DNA of 64,000 nt from Octopus vulgaris (Eukaryota), in contig OX597817.1 of assembly GCA_951406725.2 (NCBI GenBank), positions 135,036,001 to 135,100,000 of the forward strand, read 5' to 3'. The notes below the pieces were generated by a model that was not told the DNA's origin, did no database searches, and saw only the letters and a program-made list of their open reading frames with translations. Position 1 is the first letter of the stretch. Every line of letters starts with the position of its first letter. Of this stretch, positions 43,066 through 56,255 are shown in pieces. Both the position numbers and the translations under genes were made by a program.

Positions 43066-43290
43066 AAATTATAATTTAGGGTATCTAAGAGATACCACCA
43101 CGCTGGAAATAGCAGCCAAAACGTGACTCTAAAACCACATTAAAGGTTCATACAGCACCTTGATAGTTCATCTTGTCCTTTTGTCTTCTCTCCTTGTGCT
43201 GTATGAACCTTTAATGTGGTTTTAGAGTCAAGTTTTGGCCGCTATTTCCAGCGTGGTGGTATCTCTTAGATACCCTAAATTATAATTTTA
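43064..43290. repeat. 95-bp inverted repeat with 37-nt spacer
   Basis: Arms 43064-43158 and 43196-43290; 2 mismatches by eye. Confidence 0.95.
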
Positions 43291-43384
43291 ATAATATTTA
43301 TTACCTTTGAAAGTTTTTATTCCCATGCTGGCCAATTGATAAGATCGATATTTAAATTAACGATCTTATCCTTATTTATATAAA

Positions 43385-43444
<60 letters not shown>

Positions 43445-43658
43445 TGTATGTATGCATGTGTGCATGTATGTATGTATGTATGCATGTATGTATGTATATA
43501 TGTATGTATGTATGCATGTATGTATGTATGTATGTATGTATGTATGTATGTATGCATGTATGTATGCATGTATGTATGTATGTACGTATGTATGTATGCA
43601 TGCTTGCATGTATGTATGTATGTATGCATGCATGTATGTATGCATGTATACACACATA

Positions 43659-43690
<32 letters not shown>

Positions 43691-43700
43691 CATATGTATG

Positions 43701-43760
<60 letters not shown>

Positions 43761-44128
43761 GGCGCAGGAGTGGCTGTGTGGTAAGTAGCTTGCCACATGG
43801 TTCCGGGCTCAGTCCCACTGCGTGATACCTTGGGCTAGTGTCTTCTACTATAGTCTCGGGCCGACCAAAGCCTCGTGAGTGCATTTGGTAGACGGAAACT
43901 GAAAGAAGCCCATCGTATATATATAAATATATATATGTATATGTGTGTGTGTGTATTTGTGTGTCTGTGTTTGTTCCCCCAGCATCACTTGTAACCGATA
44001 AAGTAACCGATAAAATAAGTGCAAGGCTTACAAAAGAATAAGTGGTGGGATCGATTTATTCGACTAACGGCGGTGCTCCAGCACGGCCGCAGTCAAATGA
44101 CTGACACAAATATAAGAACAAAAGAATA
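43761..44128 (+). mobile_element. SINE family B
   Basis: Full head GGCGCAGGAGTGGCTGTGTGG and 3' block GCTCCAGCACGGCCGCAGTCAAATGAC. Confidence 0.9.
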
Positions 44129-44406
44129 TATGCATGTTTATTCACAGCCACCCATGCGTAAATATTTCTATACGCACATATGTTGTCAATGTAAGCTTTT
44201 ATATCAAGTTCTGTATAAAAACGAATTGAAAGCCTAATCATTAATTAAGAATGCCTAAACAAAGGATCATTCACTAGTTTTTACAAGAGTTCATGTTTAT
44301 TAAACTTTTAAACAGTGAATTCGAAATTTCGGCCGATATACATATATGCGTATTTATATATATATATACAAACACACCTGTTTCTATGTATAAGTGTATG
44401 CATATG

Positions 44407-44453
<47 letters not shown>

Positions 44454-44782
44454 GGGGGTAGGGTGTGTGGAGTGCGCGTGTGCTTGCGACTGCGCATGTC
44501 TTGGTGAATCCGGTGACGCCGAAAGCAGTATAAAACTTGGGATCCCTTATATACACTCCATATTGAAATCCACAGTGGGAAGAAAACCCCCACACACACA
44601 CGCGCGCACACGCACTTAGAAACACGCAGACACACAATGATGTAGCAACGCATCAAACGGGTTCAGTGTTTGAAGACCTCGAGAAGAAAGAGTATTTAGT
44701 TGTAGTCCCTCATAAAAGAATCCAATTCATTTTAAAACGGGTTGTGGGACTTGTAATTTATACACACACACGTATGCATATA

Positions 44783-44852
<70 letters not shown>

Positions 44853-44857
<5 letters not shown>

Positions 44858-44969
44858 TTCCGGATTCAGTCACACTGCGTAGCACCTTGGGCAACTGACT
44901 TTTACTGCAGCCTCGGGCCGTCAAAAGTTGTAAGTGGATTTGGTAAACGGAAACTGAAAGAAGCCCGTC

Positions 44970-45034
<65 letters not shown>

Positions 45035-45280
45035 TATAGATATATATATATATGTGTGTGTGTGTGTGTTTGTTATTTGTGTCTGTGTTTGTCCCCTCCC
45101 TGCCAATCATCGCTTGACAAATGATGTTGGCGTGTCTATTTCCCTGTGACTTAGTGGTTCTGCGAAAGGACCCCGATAGAATACGTACTAGGCTTACAAA
45201 GTATAAGTCCTGGAGTCGATTTGTAAAGGTGGTGCTCCAGCATGGCCGCAGTCAAATGACTGAAACAAGTAAAAGAATAA
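44853..45280 (+). mobile_element. SINE family B (5' truncated) with internal (TA)n(TG)n
   Basis: ATGGTTCCGG.TTCAGTC ... GAAACTGAAAGAAGCCCGTCG(TA)n ... CATGGCCGCAGTCAAATGAC. Confidence 0.85.
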
Positions 45281-45311
45281 AAACAATGTACAGTAACCTC
45301 CCCGCCATATA

Positions 45312-45379
<68 letters not shown>

Positions 45380-45384
45380 ATGCT

Positions 45385-45590
45385 GATTTCAAATTTTGGC
45401 ACAAAGCCTGCAATTCGTGGGAGTGAATAAGTTGATTGCATTGAATCCACTGCTCAAATCTTATTTTATCGACGTCCGAAAAGAGATAAGTGAAAATGAA
45501 CCCAGCAGAATTTGAACTCACAGCCTAAGGGTGGACGAAAATGCTGCGAAGCATTTTGTCTGACGTGCTAATGGTTCTGCCACCTAGCTG
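45385..45590 (-). mobile_element. SINE family A, diverged
   Basis: TTTTGGCACAAAGCC ... TTATTTTATCGAC ... GAATTTGAACTC ... GACGTGCTAA. Confidence 0.7.
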
Positions 45591-45678
45591 CTTTATACTG
45601 TATATGACTATATATTATGCATATTATGTATACGTGTAAAATAAAAAATATTACATATATCCTTACACATACACACAC

Positions 45679-45712
<34 letters not shown>

Positions 45713-45722
45713 ATATATATAT

Positions 45723-45773
<51 letters not shown>

Positions 45774-46798
45774 TATATATTTATATGCATTTTCTGTGTG
45801 TTTTTATATAATGTATGTATTTATGTGTGTGAGTATTTTTGCTTATGTATAATCAATGGTGTGGCCACAGATGGCTGGGCGCCATCGATGGCAATCGAAG
45901 TTGACGCTTCTTTGTCCGTTGGTGCTGTATAGACCAGTAGTGGAAATGTGATATCCACATACATCGTACGGAACATACGCTTGCTCATACAACCAGAAAC
46001 ACAAGCAAGAGCGAACGTGTGGAAAAGAGAGGAAAAGAGAAACAGTAGAGAGTTGGAGAGGTGAAGAAAGAGAGAGCGATTGAGAGAGAGAGAGAGAGAG
46101 AGAGAGAGGAAGGAGCGACGAAGCGAGTCTCTGTTGGTTTGTCCTTATAATCCCTTCCTTCATCCGGTTACCATTCCACGCCTGATTTGTTCATTGTAGA
46201 TCTAACCGCTCCTGGACGTACATAGAATATCTCTAGACTAGGAATTGGATCGTGAGGCCGGGTGCTTCTTAAGTCCTATTTGCTCTATTACTTCCGTAGG
46301 AACTCTTGAACCATTTAAGTGTTAAATTTGCTGTTTGTTGCAATAATGATAAAGGCAAGAAGCTCGACAGTGTAAAACTGTCTCCAACCCTGGGAGAGTT
46401 AGGGTGGCTTGCCCGCTTACCCTACAGTATAACGAGCCACCGAGATCGCTTATACAGAGCTATTGATAGAAACACACACACAATCACACACAATCATGCA
46501 CATACAATCACACACAGAAACACACACACAAGCACACGCACAATCACATACACACACACAATCACACACACAAACATTCACACACACAAAATCGCAAACG
46601 CGCGCGCACACCCACCCACACACACACATACACAAAGTTACACTCAAACACACACACACACACACAATCGCACACACAATCATACACACACGCATAATCA
46701 CACACAATCACAAATACACACACGCACACACACACGCACGCAAACACAACCGTACACACGCACACAAAATCTGTTTGTGTGTGTGTCTCTCTCTCTTA

Positions 46799-46833
<35 letters not shown>

Positions 46834-46937
46834 CCTCTCTCCCTCTCTCTCTCTCTCTCTCTCTTTACACACACACACTCACACGCACGCACAGACACAC
46901 ACACAGAGTAAAGTCTAGTTTCTTATAATCGCTAATA

Positions 46938-47248
46938 TCGTATATAGCAAAATCTCATTCAAATGGTTTTATCCATGCAATTATTGTACAAAAACGCCCT
47001 CTGTTGTTGTTAAAATTTATAAACAGCAATGAAGGGAGATAACTCCAGGCACATTCATTCACCAAAATTTTTGGAAACTCCAGAAAATTTTCAGGAACTT
47101 TCTAGAAATTTCCGTTGGCTGATGGTGTTAGAGTTATCTCCCTATTGTTGCTTTTGAATTTGAAACAGTCCTGTATATGGAGTTTTTGACAACTAATTGC
47201 ATGGATAATTTCAGCTGATAGATTTTTTTCCTGTTCACTATATTACGT
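46938..47248. mobile_element. Fold-back / MITE-like element with long imperfect inverted arms
   Basis: TATCCATGCAATTA..CAAAAAC / GTTTTTG..TAATTGCATGGATA and GGGAGATAACTC / GAGTTATCTCCC arranged symmetrically around ~47090. Confidence 0.65.
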
Positions 47249-47312
47249 ATGTCAGAAGTCCTTCAGCGCGTGCGTGTATATGTGTGTCTGTGTGTGTGTA
47301 TCTATCTATCTA

Positions 47313-47387
<75 letters not shown>

Positions 47388-47413
47388 CATATATCTATCT
47401 ATCTATCTATACA

Positions 47414-47486
<73 letters not shown>

Positions 47487-47624
47487 GATAATAATAACTT
47501 TTGTTTCAGTTTGATTCGGTTTCATGGGCCATAAAACTTCCTAGGCTTCTTACAAAAAACAACAAAACTATAATTTGTATGGGGCTCAATCAAACTGTTT
47601 TATTTATTCTTTTTTCCTTTAAAT

Positions 47625-47902
47625 TCTTACTTGCTTCAGTTATTTGACTGCGGCCATGCTGGAGCACCGCCTTAAAGGATGTCAGCTGAAGAAATCGGAT
47701 GTAAGCCTAGTACTTATCCTATCGGTCGGTTTTGCTGAACCGCTAAGTTACAGAGACATAAACACACCAGCATCGGTTGTCAAGCGATGGCACACACGAC
47801 AGTTTCCGTCTACTAAATCCACTCACAAGGTCTCACCGAGTGGGACTGAACCAGGGACCATATGGCTGGGAAGCAAACTTCTTACCACACAGACGCGCCT
47901 CC
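47625..47902 (-). mobile_element. SINE family B, internally deleted
   Basis: TTTGACTGCGGCCATGCTGGAGCACCGCC ... GTGGGACTGAACC ... CTTACCACACAG. Confidence 0.8.
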
Positions 47903-48025
47903 GCTTATATGTAAAAATATGTTTAGTTTAGGTGATACAAAGAGGAAAATAGAACTTAGAATATAAAGAAATTGTACTCGAATACCGGAGGTAGAGTAAT
48001 ATGTTTTATTAATAAAAGATTAATG

Positions 48026-48082
<57 letters not shown>

Positions 48083-48084
<2 letters not shown>

Positions 48085-49332
48085 GTTGGACAAAATAATG
48101 GAAATACCTTAAAATTTCAAACAAATTTATTTTAATATGGGGTAGGACCGCCTTTGGCAGTAATTACCCGAGATTTTATGAGGTATGAACTCGTACAAAG
48201 TTTCAATTGTTTCCAAAGGAATTTTTGTCCATTCTTCAGCTAAAACAGTCTCCAGTTCTTGTAGTGATGTTGGTGGAGAATATCGACTCCTTACTTGTTT
48301 TTCTAAAATGCTCCATAAATGTTCAATAATATTGAGATCTGGGGACTGTGGTGGCCAGATAAGATGTGCCATTCAGTAACAACTTTAGCTGTATGAATTG
48401 GTACATTATCATCCTGAAAGAGTGTGCTTCCCTCTGGAAACAGTTCCGCAACCATAAGATGAATTTGATCACATGAAATGCTTTAATAGTCTTGACTATT
48501 TATTCTGCCATAAAGGAAAACCATTGGACTGGCGGATTTCCAAGATAAAGCCACCACCCCAGATCATCACAATCCTCCTCCATGTTTAACAGTTGGAAGA
48601 AGGCAGTCTGGTTCAAATGCTTCTTTTGGTTGTCTCTACATGTATACTCGGCCAGTGTTCGAAAATAAGTTAAAGGATGACTCGTCCGAGAAAATAACTA
48701 TTTTCCACTACTCTAGGGACCAATTCTGTAGGTTTTTAATCCAAACTAAACGCTTTGCAACGTTTGTTTTTGAAAGTAGGGGTTTTCTGATTGCAGCTCT
48801 CCCGTGAAATCCAGCTTTGTGCAGCTCCCAACGAAGGATTTTGTGGAAACTGGATTCTCGCTTGAGGTGGTCATTAAGCTCTGCGGTAATTTTGGAGCTG
48901 TACTTTTGTGATCACTTCTAACAATTCGCATAAGAGTCCGACGGTCCCTATCTGAAAGTTTTGGTTTCCTTCTGGAATTTTGTTTCGACGAGGAGTTTTT
49001 TCCCTCTTTCTCAAAGGCTATCATTGCTTTCGAGACAGTGCTTCTTCATACACCAAAGATTTCGGCTGTTTTTGTTATGCTAGCACCTGCCATATGAGCA
49101 CCAACAATTTGACCTCTTTGAAAGCCCGATAGATCTGTAATTTTAATGAATTTTAGTTACTTTTTTCTGATGATATCTGAAAAAAAAACAGCAATTTTAG
49201 CAAAACATATTAAACAACACTAACAATAAATCAAAAAACATAAAAATAAACAAGCTTTCGATGGTTTTAGAGATATTTCAAAATTCATGATGCCATGATG
49301 CTATGTGTTTCCATTATTTTGTCCAACCCCTG
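48083..49332 (-). mobile_element. Tc1-family DNA transposon, near full length, pseudogenised transposase
   Basis: TIRs GGGTTGGACAAAATAATGGAAA / TTTCCATTATTTTGTCCAACCCCTG within (TA)n; minus-strand HTH (GASITKTAEIFGV*RSTVS), FSDESSF, TVKHGGG, FQDDN.PIH, WPPQSPDLNIIEHLW. Confidence 0.95.
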
Positions 49333-49345
49333 TATATATATACGA

Positions 49346-49501
<156 letters not shown>

Positions 49502-49502
49502 A

Positions 49503-49552
<50 letters not shown>

Positions 49553-49855
49553 CATAGATACATGCATACATATAAACATATATATATATATATTAATAAT
49601 AATATACGGGTAAATAATTATTAATTTCAAAAATTAATAATTATTACCGAGTAGATCGGTATGGAAATAGAAACATTATCGGTAGGAACTTTTACAAAAT
49701 GTTCTTCATATATATATATAATTAAGGTTAAGCAACAAGTTGTTTAGCCATATACCGAAAAATTTAGAAATGGCAGTCAAATTGTGAATTGTGACTATGT
49801 ATGTATGTATGTATGTATGTATGTATGTATGTATGTATGTATGTATGTATGTATG

Positions 49856-50140
49856 TCTCTTCTATTTTTTTAATTCTTCTAAATCTTCCACTGAGGAGGG
49901 AGCCAGTTTCCAACAAAGATACAAGGATCCATCTTTGGGATGTAGTTAGCATAGACAAATTCACATTTGGAACTTGAGAAAAGTCATGTATATTTTCACT
50001 GTTCCACTGACTGATTGCACTTGTAATGAACGAATCAGTCGATCAATATCTCTTTCTGAAAATCCCAGTTTATCCAGATTCTGCTTTTAGCATTTTCTTA
50101 CAAATCCTAGTGCTCCAATTACAATTGGCATGAATATAGA
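49856..50140 (-). mobile_element. RLE-type non-LTR retrotransposon (R4/Dong-like) 3' end
   Basis: Minus IFMPIVIGALGFVRKC*KQNLDKLGFS...LQVQSVSGTVKIYMTFLKFQM* (50137-49961); short 3' UTR abuts (CATA)n. Confidence 0.75.
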
Positions 50141-50916
50141 CAATCTCAAAGATTACGGAGGTAATTTTAATTCATAATCCAGTGAAGCGAACCCGGATCT
50201 ACCAATCAGAAGAATTACAGTGGGATTACTCACCCAAAAGCGATCCTTGATGCTTCATAGCCGGAACCTGGACGATTTATGAGAGCTCTTACGGCACCCG
50301 GCTGGATAATTTATCCCTATATAATCATTGTGTACACACACAGACACACAGCCACAAACAAAAAATGGAAAGAGAGAGAAATGGGGGAGAGAGGAGAGTG
50401 ACAGAGGGATACGTTATGTGGTTACGTGTACAATGTACTAAAACAAGACACAACTCATTTCAGCAGCTGTTTTACGCCTTAGCAAAGCTCACCCTATCGC
50501 TAAGACAATCGCTCGGTTTCCCAGTCAGCGTATCACAGCGTATGACAGCGCACGTCTAACAGCGATAGCGCTGCACCAAATATATTGCGTGGATTTCAGC
50601 GACGTAACGTGACTTTCTGTTTGTTCTTCATTACATATTATTAATTGTGTTAGATTGGATATCAGTCTTCTGTTTTAATTTGCTGAGATAATTAAAATGA
50701 AATATCTTTCAAGCCATTTTCAATTTATCAATTTATTAATGACGGGAGAATTATATGGTCGCAAACACTCACATACACACACACAAACACACACAAACAC
50801 ACACACATGGGCGTGCGTGAGAATATATACATATGTATGTGTCTATGTGCATATATATACATATGTGTGTATACATATATATTTATATGTATATGTATAC
50901 AGATACACACACACAC

Positions 50917-50949
<33 letters not shown>

Positions 50950-50975
50950 GCTGTGTGATAAGAAGCTTGCTTCCC

Positions 50976-51007
<32 letters not shown>

Positions 51008-51207
51008 ATGTTTGACCAAAAGTCAACTGACAGTAAATCAAAACCATTTAGTTCCAAGATTTATTCATGTTTAACAACTGAATGAATATAATAAAAGCAT
51101 CTAAATATGAAACATCATGAACATTGTTCAAACTGAAGTCCTTCTTGACCGACACATTTTCCCATTCGAGTCAATATAGTATTTATGGAATCTTGATTTA
51201 CTGTCGC

Positions 51208-51263
<56 letters not shown>

Positions 51264-51281
51264 CATTATATATAGCATACC

Positions 51282-51512
51282 TATTTCTTTATTACCCACA
51301 AGGGGCTAAACATAGAAGGGACAAACAAGGACAGACATAGGTATTAAGTCGATTACATCGACCCCAGTGCGTAACTGGTACTTAATTTATCGACCCCAAA
51401 AGGATGAAAGGTAAAGTCGACCTCGGTGGAATTTGAACTCACAACGTAACGGCAGAGGAAATACCGCTAAGCATTTCGCCCGACGTGCTAACGTTTCTAC
51501 CAGCTCTCCGCC
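51282..51512 (-). mobile_element. SINE family A monomer with Tx1-like tail
   Basis: Head GGCGGAGAGCTGGTAGAAACGTTAGCACG to tail GCCCCTTGTGGGTAATAAAGAAATA, followed by GGTAT. Confidence 0.88.
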
Positions 51513-52086
51513 TTTATATATAGCATACCGGGAATAATGGCATACTGCTCGAGCGCTTTGCAGTAGAGCGCAAATGATCACCGAAATATTATCTAAAAAT
51601 GATATAATCATCGACACCGTTTTTAAAAATTCTATAACTGTTTCTTATGATGCATAAGAGTGTTAATATTTGGCTTCTGTTTCTTAATCATTCTCTCTTA
51701 TCGTGAAACCTTAAATAAGACTGAAACGCTGCCAACAATGGAAGATTTCTTAGCAATAAAGAACAAGCATAAATCCATTACACGTAAAATAAATCTTGAA
51801 CTCCACCATGACTTAACTATTGTGTTGATAATTTAAAAAAAAGTCCAGGAATGCTGAACCCCAGTATCAATATAAGCGTTACTGACACAATACAGAGGCG
51901 TCGAACAGATACCGCAAGACTTTGCAGTTAATACCTCACCTTAACTATTCCACTATTCAAGCTGCACCACACTGAATTACAGGTACGTTATATACCAACC
52001 GCGAAAGAATGGACAACACAGATCAGAAAGACTGGCAGAGACATTCTATTTGTGCGCTAGCTAACTACGTAGATAGATAGATGTTT

Positions 52087-52177
<91 letters not shown>

Positions 52178-52464
52178 CGAAATCAGCAGAGGTATGATCT
52201 ATTCTCCGAACTCCGATTGAATAATTGCGGATATATTTGCACGAAACCCATGGTATCAGCCAGTTGATTTTCTATTAAAACAGAATATTTATCCACCCAT
52301 GTGGTGCTCAGAAGTCATTGTTCCAGTTCAGCTTTCACTTTTACATGCTCTCACACCCACAGCCACACACGTCACACAAGCACACACACGTCACACAAGC
52401 ACACACATGTCCTCGCACATATACATATGTAATTATATACAGACACACACATACACGTTCCTTG

Positions 52465-52531
<67 letters not shown>

Positions 52532-52788
52532 TATATATACATATATGTATGTGTGTGTATGTGTGTGTATGTTTGTATATATGTATACGTGCCTTTCATT
52601 ATTTCTGCCATACTCTCTCTCCCTCCCCCATCATTCCCACTGCAATAAAATGTTTCTAATCAATTCCTGAATACTTCGATCAACATACACATATCCATAT
52701 ACAAAATGGAATTAAAAAACACGCATTCAACGTATACACGCACACTCAAACAGGCAAACGAGCACGAACACAGAAACTGTAGTTTGCA

Positions 52789-52819
<31 letters not shown>

Positions 52820-52973
52820 CATACATACATACATACACGCATACATACATCTCTCTCTCTCTCTATATATATATATATGTATGTGTGTATGTGTATATGT
52901 GTGTGTGTATACGCATAAATACATGAATACACACACACACGTATTTGAGTGTGTATGTACTTATACATATATA

Positions 52974-53009
<36 letters not shown>

Positions 53010-54100
53010 AATTATATTATTCATACATGTATATATATTCATATATATCTATTTACGTATCAACTTATCTATCAATATATACATATATATATATACGTGT
53101 ATATATACGTGTGTGTGCATATATATATCACATTTGTAAATGCAAATGCACACGTCCAAGAAAATTAAAATGCATATACACATACATACATAAACATACA
53201 CACATATGCATACATACATATATACATACATATATACATACATATATACATACGTATGTATATACATGAATTAATAAACATGTGTAGTTATATTTATACA
53301 TACATGCAAATGTACATGCATGCAACACACCCTTATATATACAAACACATAAATACGTACTTAAACATATATAGATGCATATATGCAAATATATGGAGGG
53401 TCTCTAACCCTAGAAACGCTGTGTGCTAAGGCATTCACATGCATCAGTGAATTATTCCTATGAATCTCTCGATACACAAATGCCAACATAGAATTCCACA
53501 CATGTATACATGTAGAAGTATTAAAGCAGTACCCCATTCATGTAGCACAGTTGCACGTGTGTGTGCCTGCATGAATATGCATATAAACGCGTTGGCGCAC
53601 ATCAAAACACCCGTATGAACGCACAACCGCATGGACACGAACACACAGACACACGCGGAAGCGCATACAATCACACACACATAGATACACACATACAGAC
53701 AAGTGCTCTTGTACACACATTACAATAGATACGTCTCGAAAGAACAGAATGCTCACGTGATGCTTAGAACCATGCAGCGATGGGGGGGGGATTAATGAGA
53801 AAATAAGAAAGGAAAAAGAACTTTTTGTTGGAGTGAAACGGGTGGGAGCGGGAGAGAGAGAGAGAGACAGACAGACAGAAAGAGAAGAGGGGTGAGGAAA
53901 GAGAGAAAACGGTGTGGAGAGGAAAAGAGGAATTGACGAAGGGAAAAAGACAAAATGAGAAGATAAAAAATAAGGAGAGAGAGATGAAGACAGGGAGAAG
54001 ATAAGGAAAGGAAAAATGGAAAGAATTAAAGAAAAGGAAAGGGAGAAACAGAGAAAGAAGACTGAAAAAAATAATAAAGAAAGAGAGAAGAGAGAGAGAA

Positions 54101-54133
<33 letters not shown>

Positions 54134-54164
54134 AGGTAAAGTGAAGCGGGTGACATTATTGAAC

Positions 54165-54276
54165 ATAGCCTATACTTCAAAGTCTTTGAGACGCCCACAC
54201 AATTCCGTTGACCGAACACGCGGTACGTTCTTTTATTCTTCCAATCGTACCATTCTACACACACACAGACACACAA

Positions 54277-54350
<74 letters not shown>

Positions 54351-54491
54351 GCGCGCATTTACACATATATACACACACTCAGCCACGTACACACTCCCAT
54401 ACAACACGTTTCAATGTCTTTTCCTTGCCAAAATATATTTGATCGTATCAATCCAGCCATGTTGCCCTGTCTTTCCCAGCGACGTAATATC
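54165..54491 (+). repeat. Source segment of local duplication (copy at 61177-61463)
   Basis: Near-identical sequence on both sides of a (CA)n tract. Confidence 0.9.
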
Positions 54492-54526
54492 GATCCAATT
54501 CAGCCATCTTTAAATACTGTTCGATT

Positions 54527-54559
<33 letters not shown>

Positions 54560-54580
<21 letters not shown>

Positions 54581-54704
54581 CAAATACATACACACATATA
54601 TGCATCCGTAGATACATGCACACATATAAACATAATACATATATATGTAAATATATATACGTATATATATGCATAGATATACATATGATTATATATATGT
54701 ACAC

Positions 54705-54767
<63 letters not shown>

Positions 54768-54891
54768 CAAATACATACACACATATATGCATCCGTACAT
54801 ACATGCACACATATAAACATAATACATATATATATAAATATATATACGTATATATATGCATAGATATACATATGATTATATATATGTACAC

Positions 54892-54900
<9 letters not shown>
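54560..54900. repeat. Tandem duplication of a 187-bp compound microsatellite unit
   Basis: CAAATACATACAC at 54581 and 54768; GTACACATTT ends at 54708 and 54895. Confidence 0.85.
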
Positions 54901-54932
<32 letters not shown>

Positions 54933-54941
54933 TATATACAT

Positions 54942-54984
<43 letters not shown>

Positions 54985-55410
54985 CATATATATATACATA
55001 CACACATTTACATTTATGTTTATGTATATATATCTATGTGTGTTTGTGTGTATGTATGTGTATATACATACATATATATATATACATACACATATATATA
55101 TAGGTGTGTGTGTGTGTGTGTGTATGTATATATATATGTATGTATGTGAGAGAGGGGGAGGGAGGGGGAGACATGATAGAAATCAAAAACAAAACAATTT
55201 CCAGTGTTACTGTCTTTACTGTTTTGGTAATTGTTGTGGTTGTTGCTGTCGTTGTCACTGATGACTTTGTTGTTGCCGTTACTACTAGTACTACTAATGC
55301 TACTACTACTAGTAGTACTGCTACTGCTGCTGCTGCCACTACTACTTCTACTATCATAACTGCTCTTGTATAAATTGCAGCTGAAAAATAAGACTTCCTG
55401 TCATATTCTA

Positions 55411-55459
<49 letters not shown>

Positions 55460-55498
55460 CACCACTACTGCTACTGCTACTACTACTACTACTATTAC

Positions 55499-55534
<36 letters not shown>

Positions 55535-55764
55535 CACTACTACTGCTGCTGCCATTCCTGCTGCAGTTGCTGCTGCACCCGCTTGTACTACTGCTCCTAC
55601 AGTTATTATCCTCACTTCTCTCGCTGCTATTGGTAGAAGTAGAAGAAATGATAAAACGGTTGAATGAAATAATTTGCCACATTTAGTTTCAGATTTATTG
55701 TTCCTGAGTTCAAACCCATTCAATCGCCCTCCCTAAATTAATACAATATTCTAGAATCGTACCT

Positions 55765-56132
55765 TTCGCTAGCTCGCCAAGCAAAATACTTCGTGGCATT
55801 TTGTTCCGGTTTTATGTCGTGGCTTCAAATATTCTCTGAGATCGATTTTGCTTTTCTTTTTTTTTTTTTTTTTTTTTCCAGGGTCGACAAAATAAGTACC
55901 AGTTAAATATTAGGTCGATGTAATCGACTTCGCCCTTCCCCTCAAAACCTGTTGGCCCCGTGCCAATACTTAAAACTAATAATGGCGGCGAGCTGTCAGA
56001 ATCATTAGCTCAAATCCGCCGAGATCGACTTTGCCTGTCATCCTTTCGGGGACGATGAAATATATACCAGTTATGCAGTGGAGCCGATTTAATCGACTTA
56101 CCTCATCCCCCAAAATTTCTGCCTACAACAGA
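55765..56132 (+). mobile_element. Two adjacent diverged SINE family A copies
   Basis: GGGTCGACAAAATAAGTACCAG (55880) and GGCGGCGAGCTGTCAGAATC..TCGACTTTGCC (55984 onward). Confidence 0.7.
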
Positions 56133-56178
<46 letters not shown>

Positions 56179-56255
56179 TCCACCATCATCCCCACCGCTG
56201 CAATTTCACTGTCAACAACCATGGCAAGAAATATAAAATAATCGACAGGTATACA

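Noticed and set aside
50531-50552. TATCACAGC (miR-2 seed-like); also TGGAATGTA at ~13940 and GGCAGTG at ~15653
   Set aside because: Only the seed matches; the rest of the mature sequence and the precursor geometry do not.
51922-51988. Candidate micro-exon (TTGCAG ... AG/GTACGT)
   Set aside because: Stops in all three frames and no other support.
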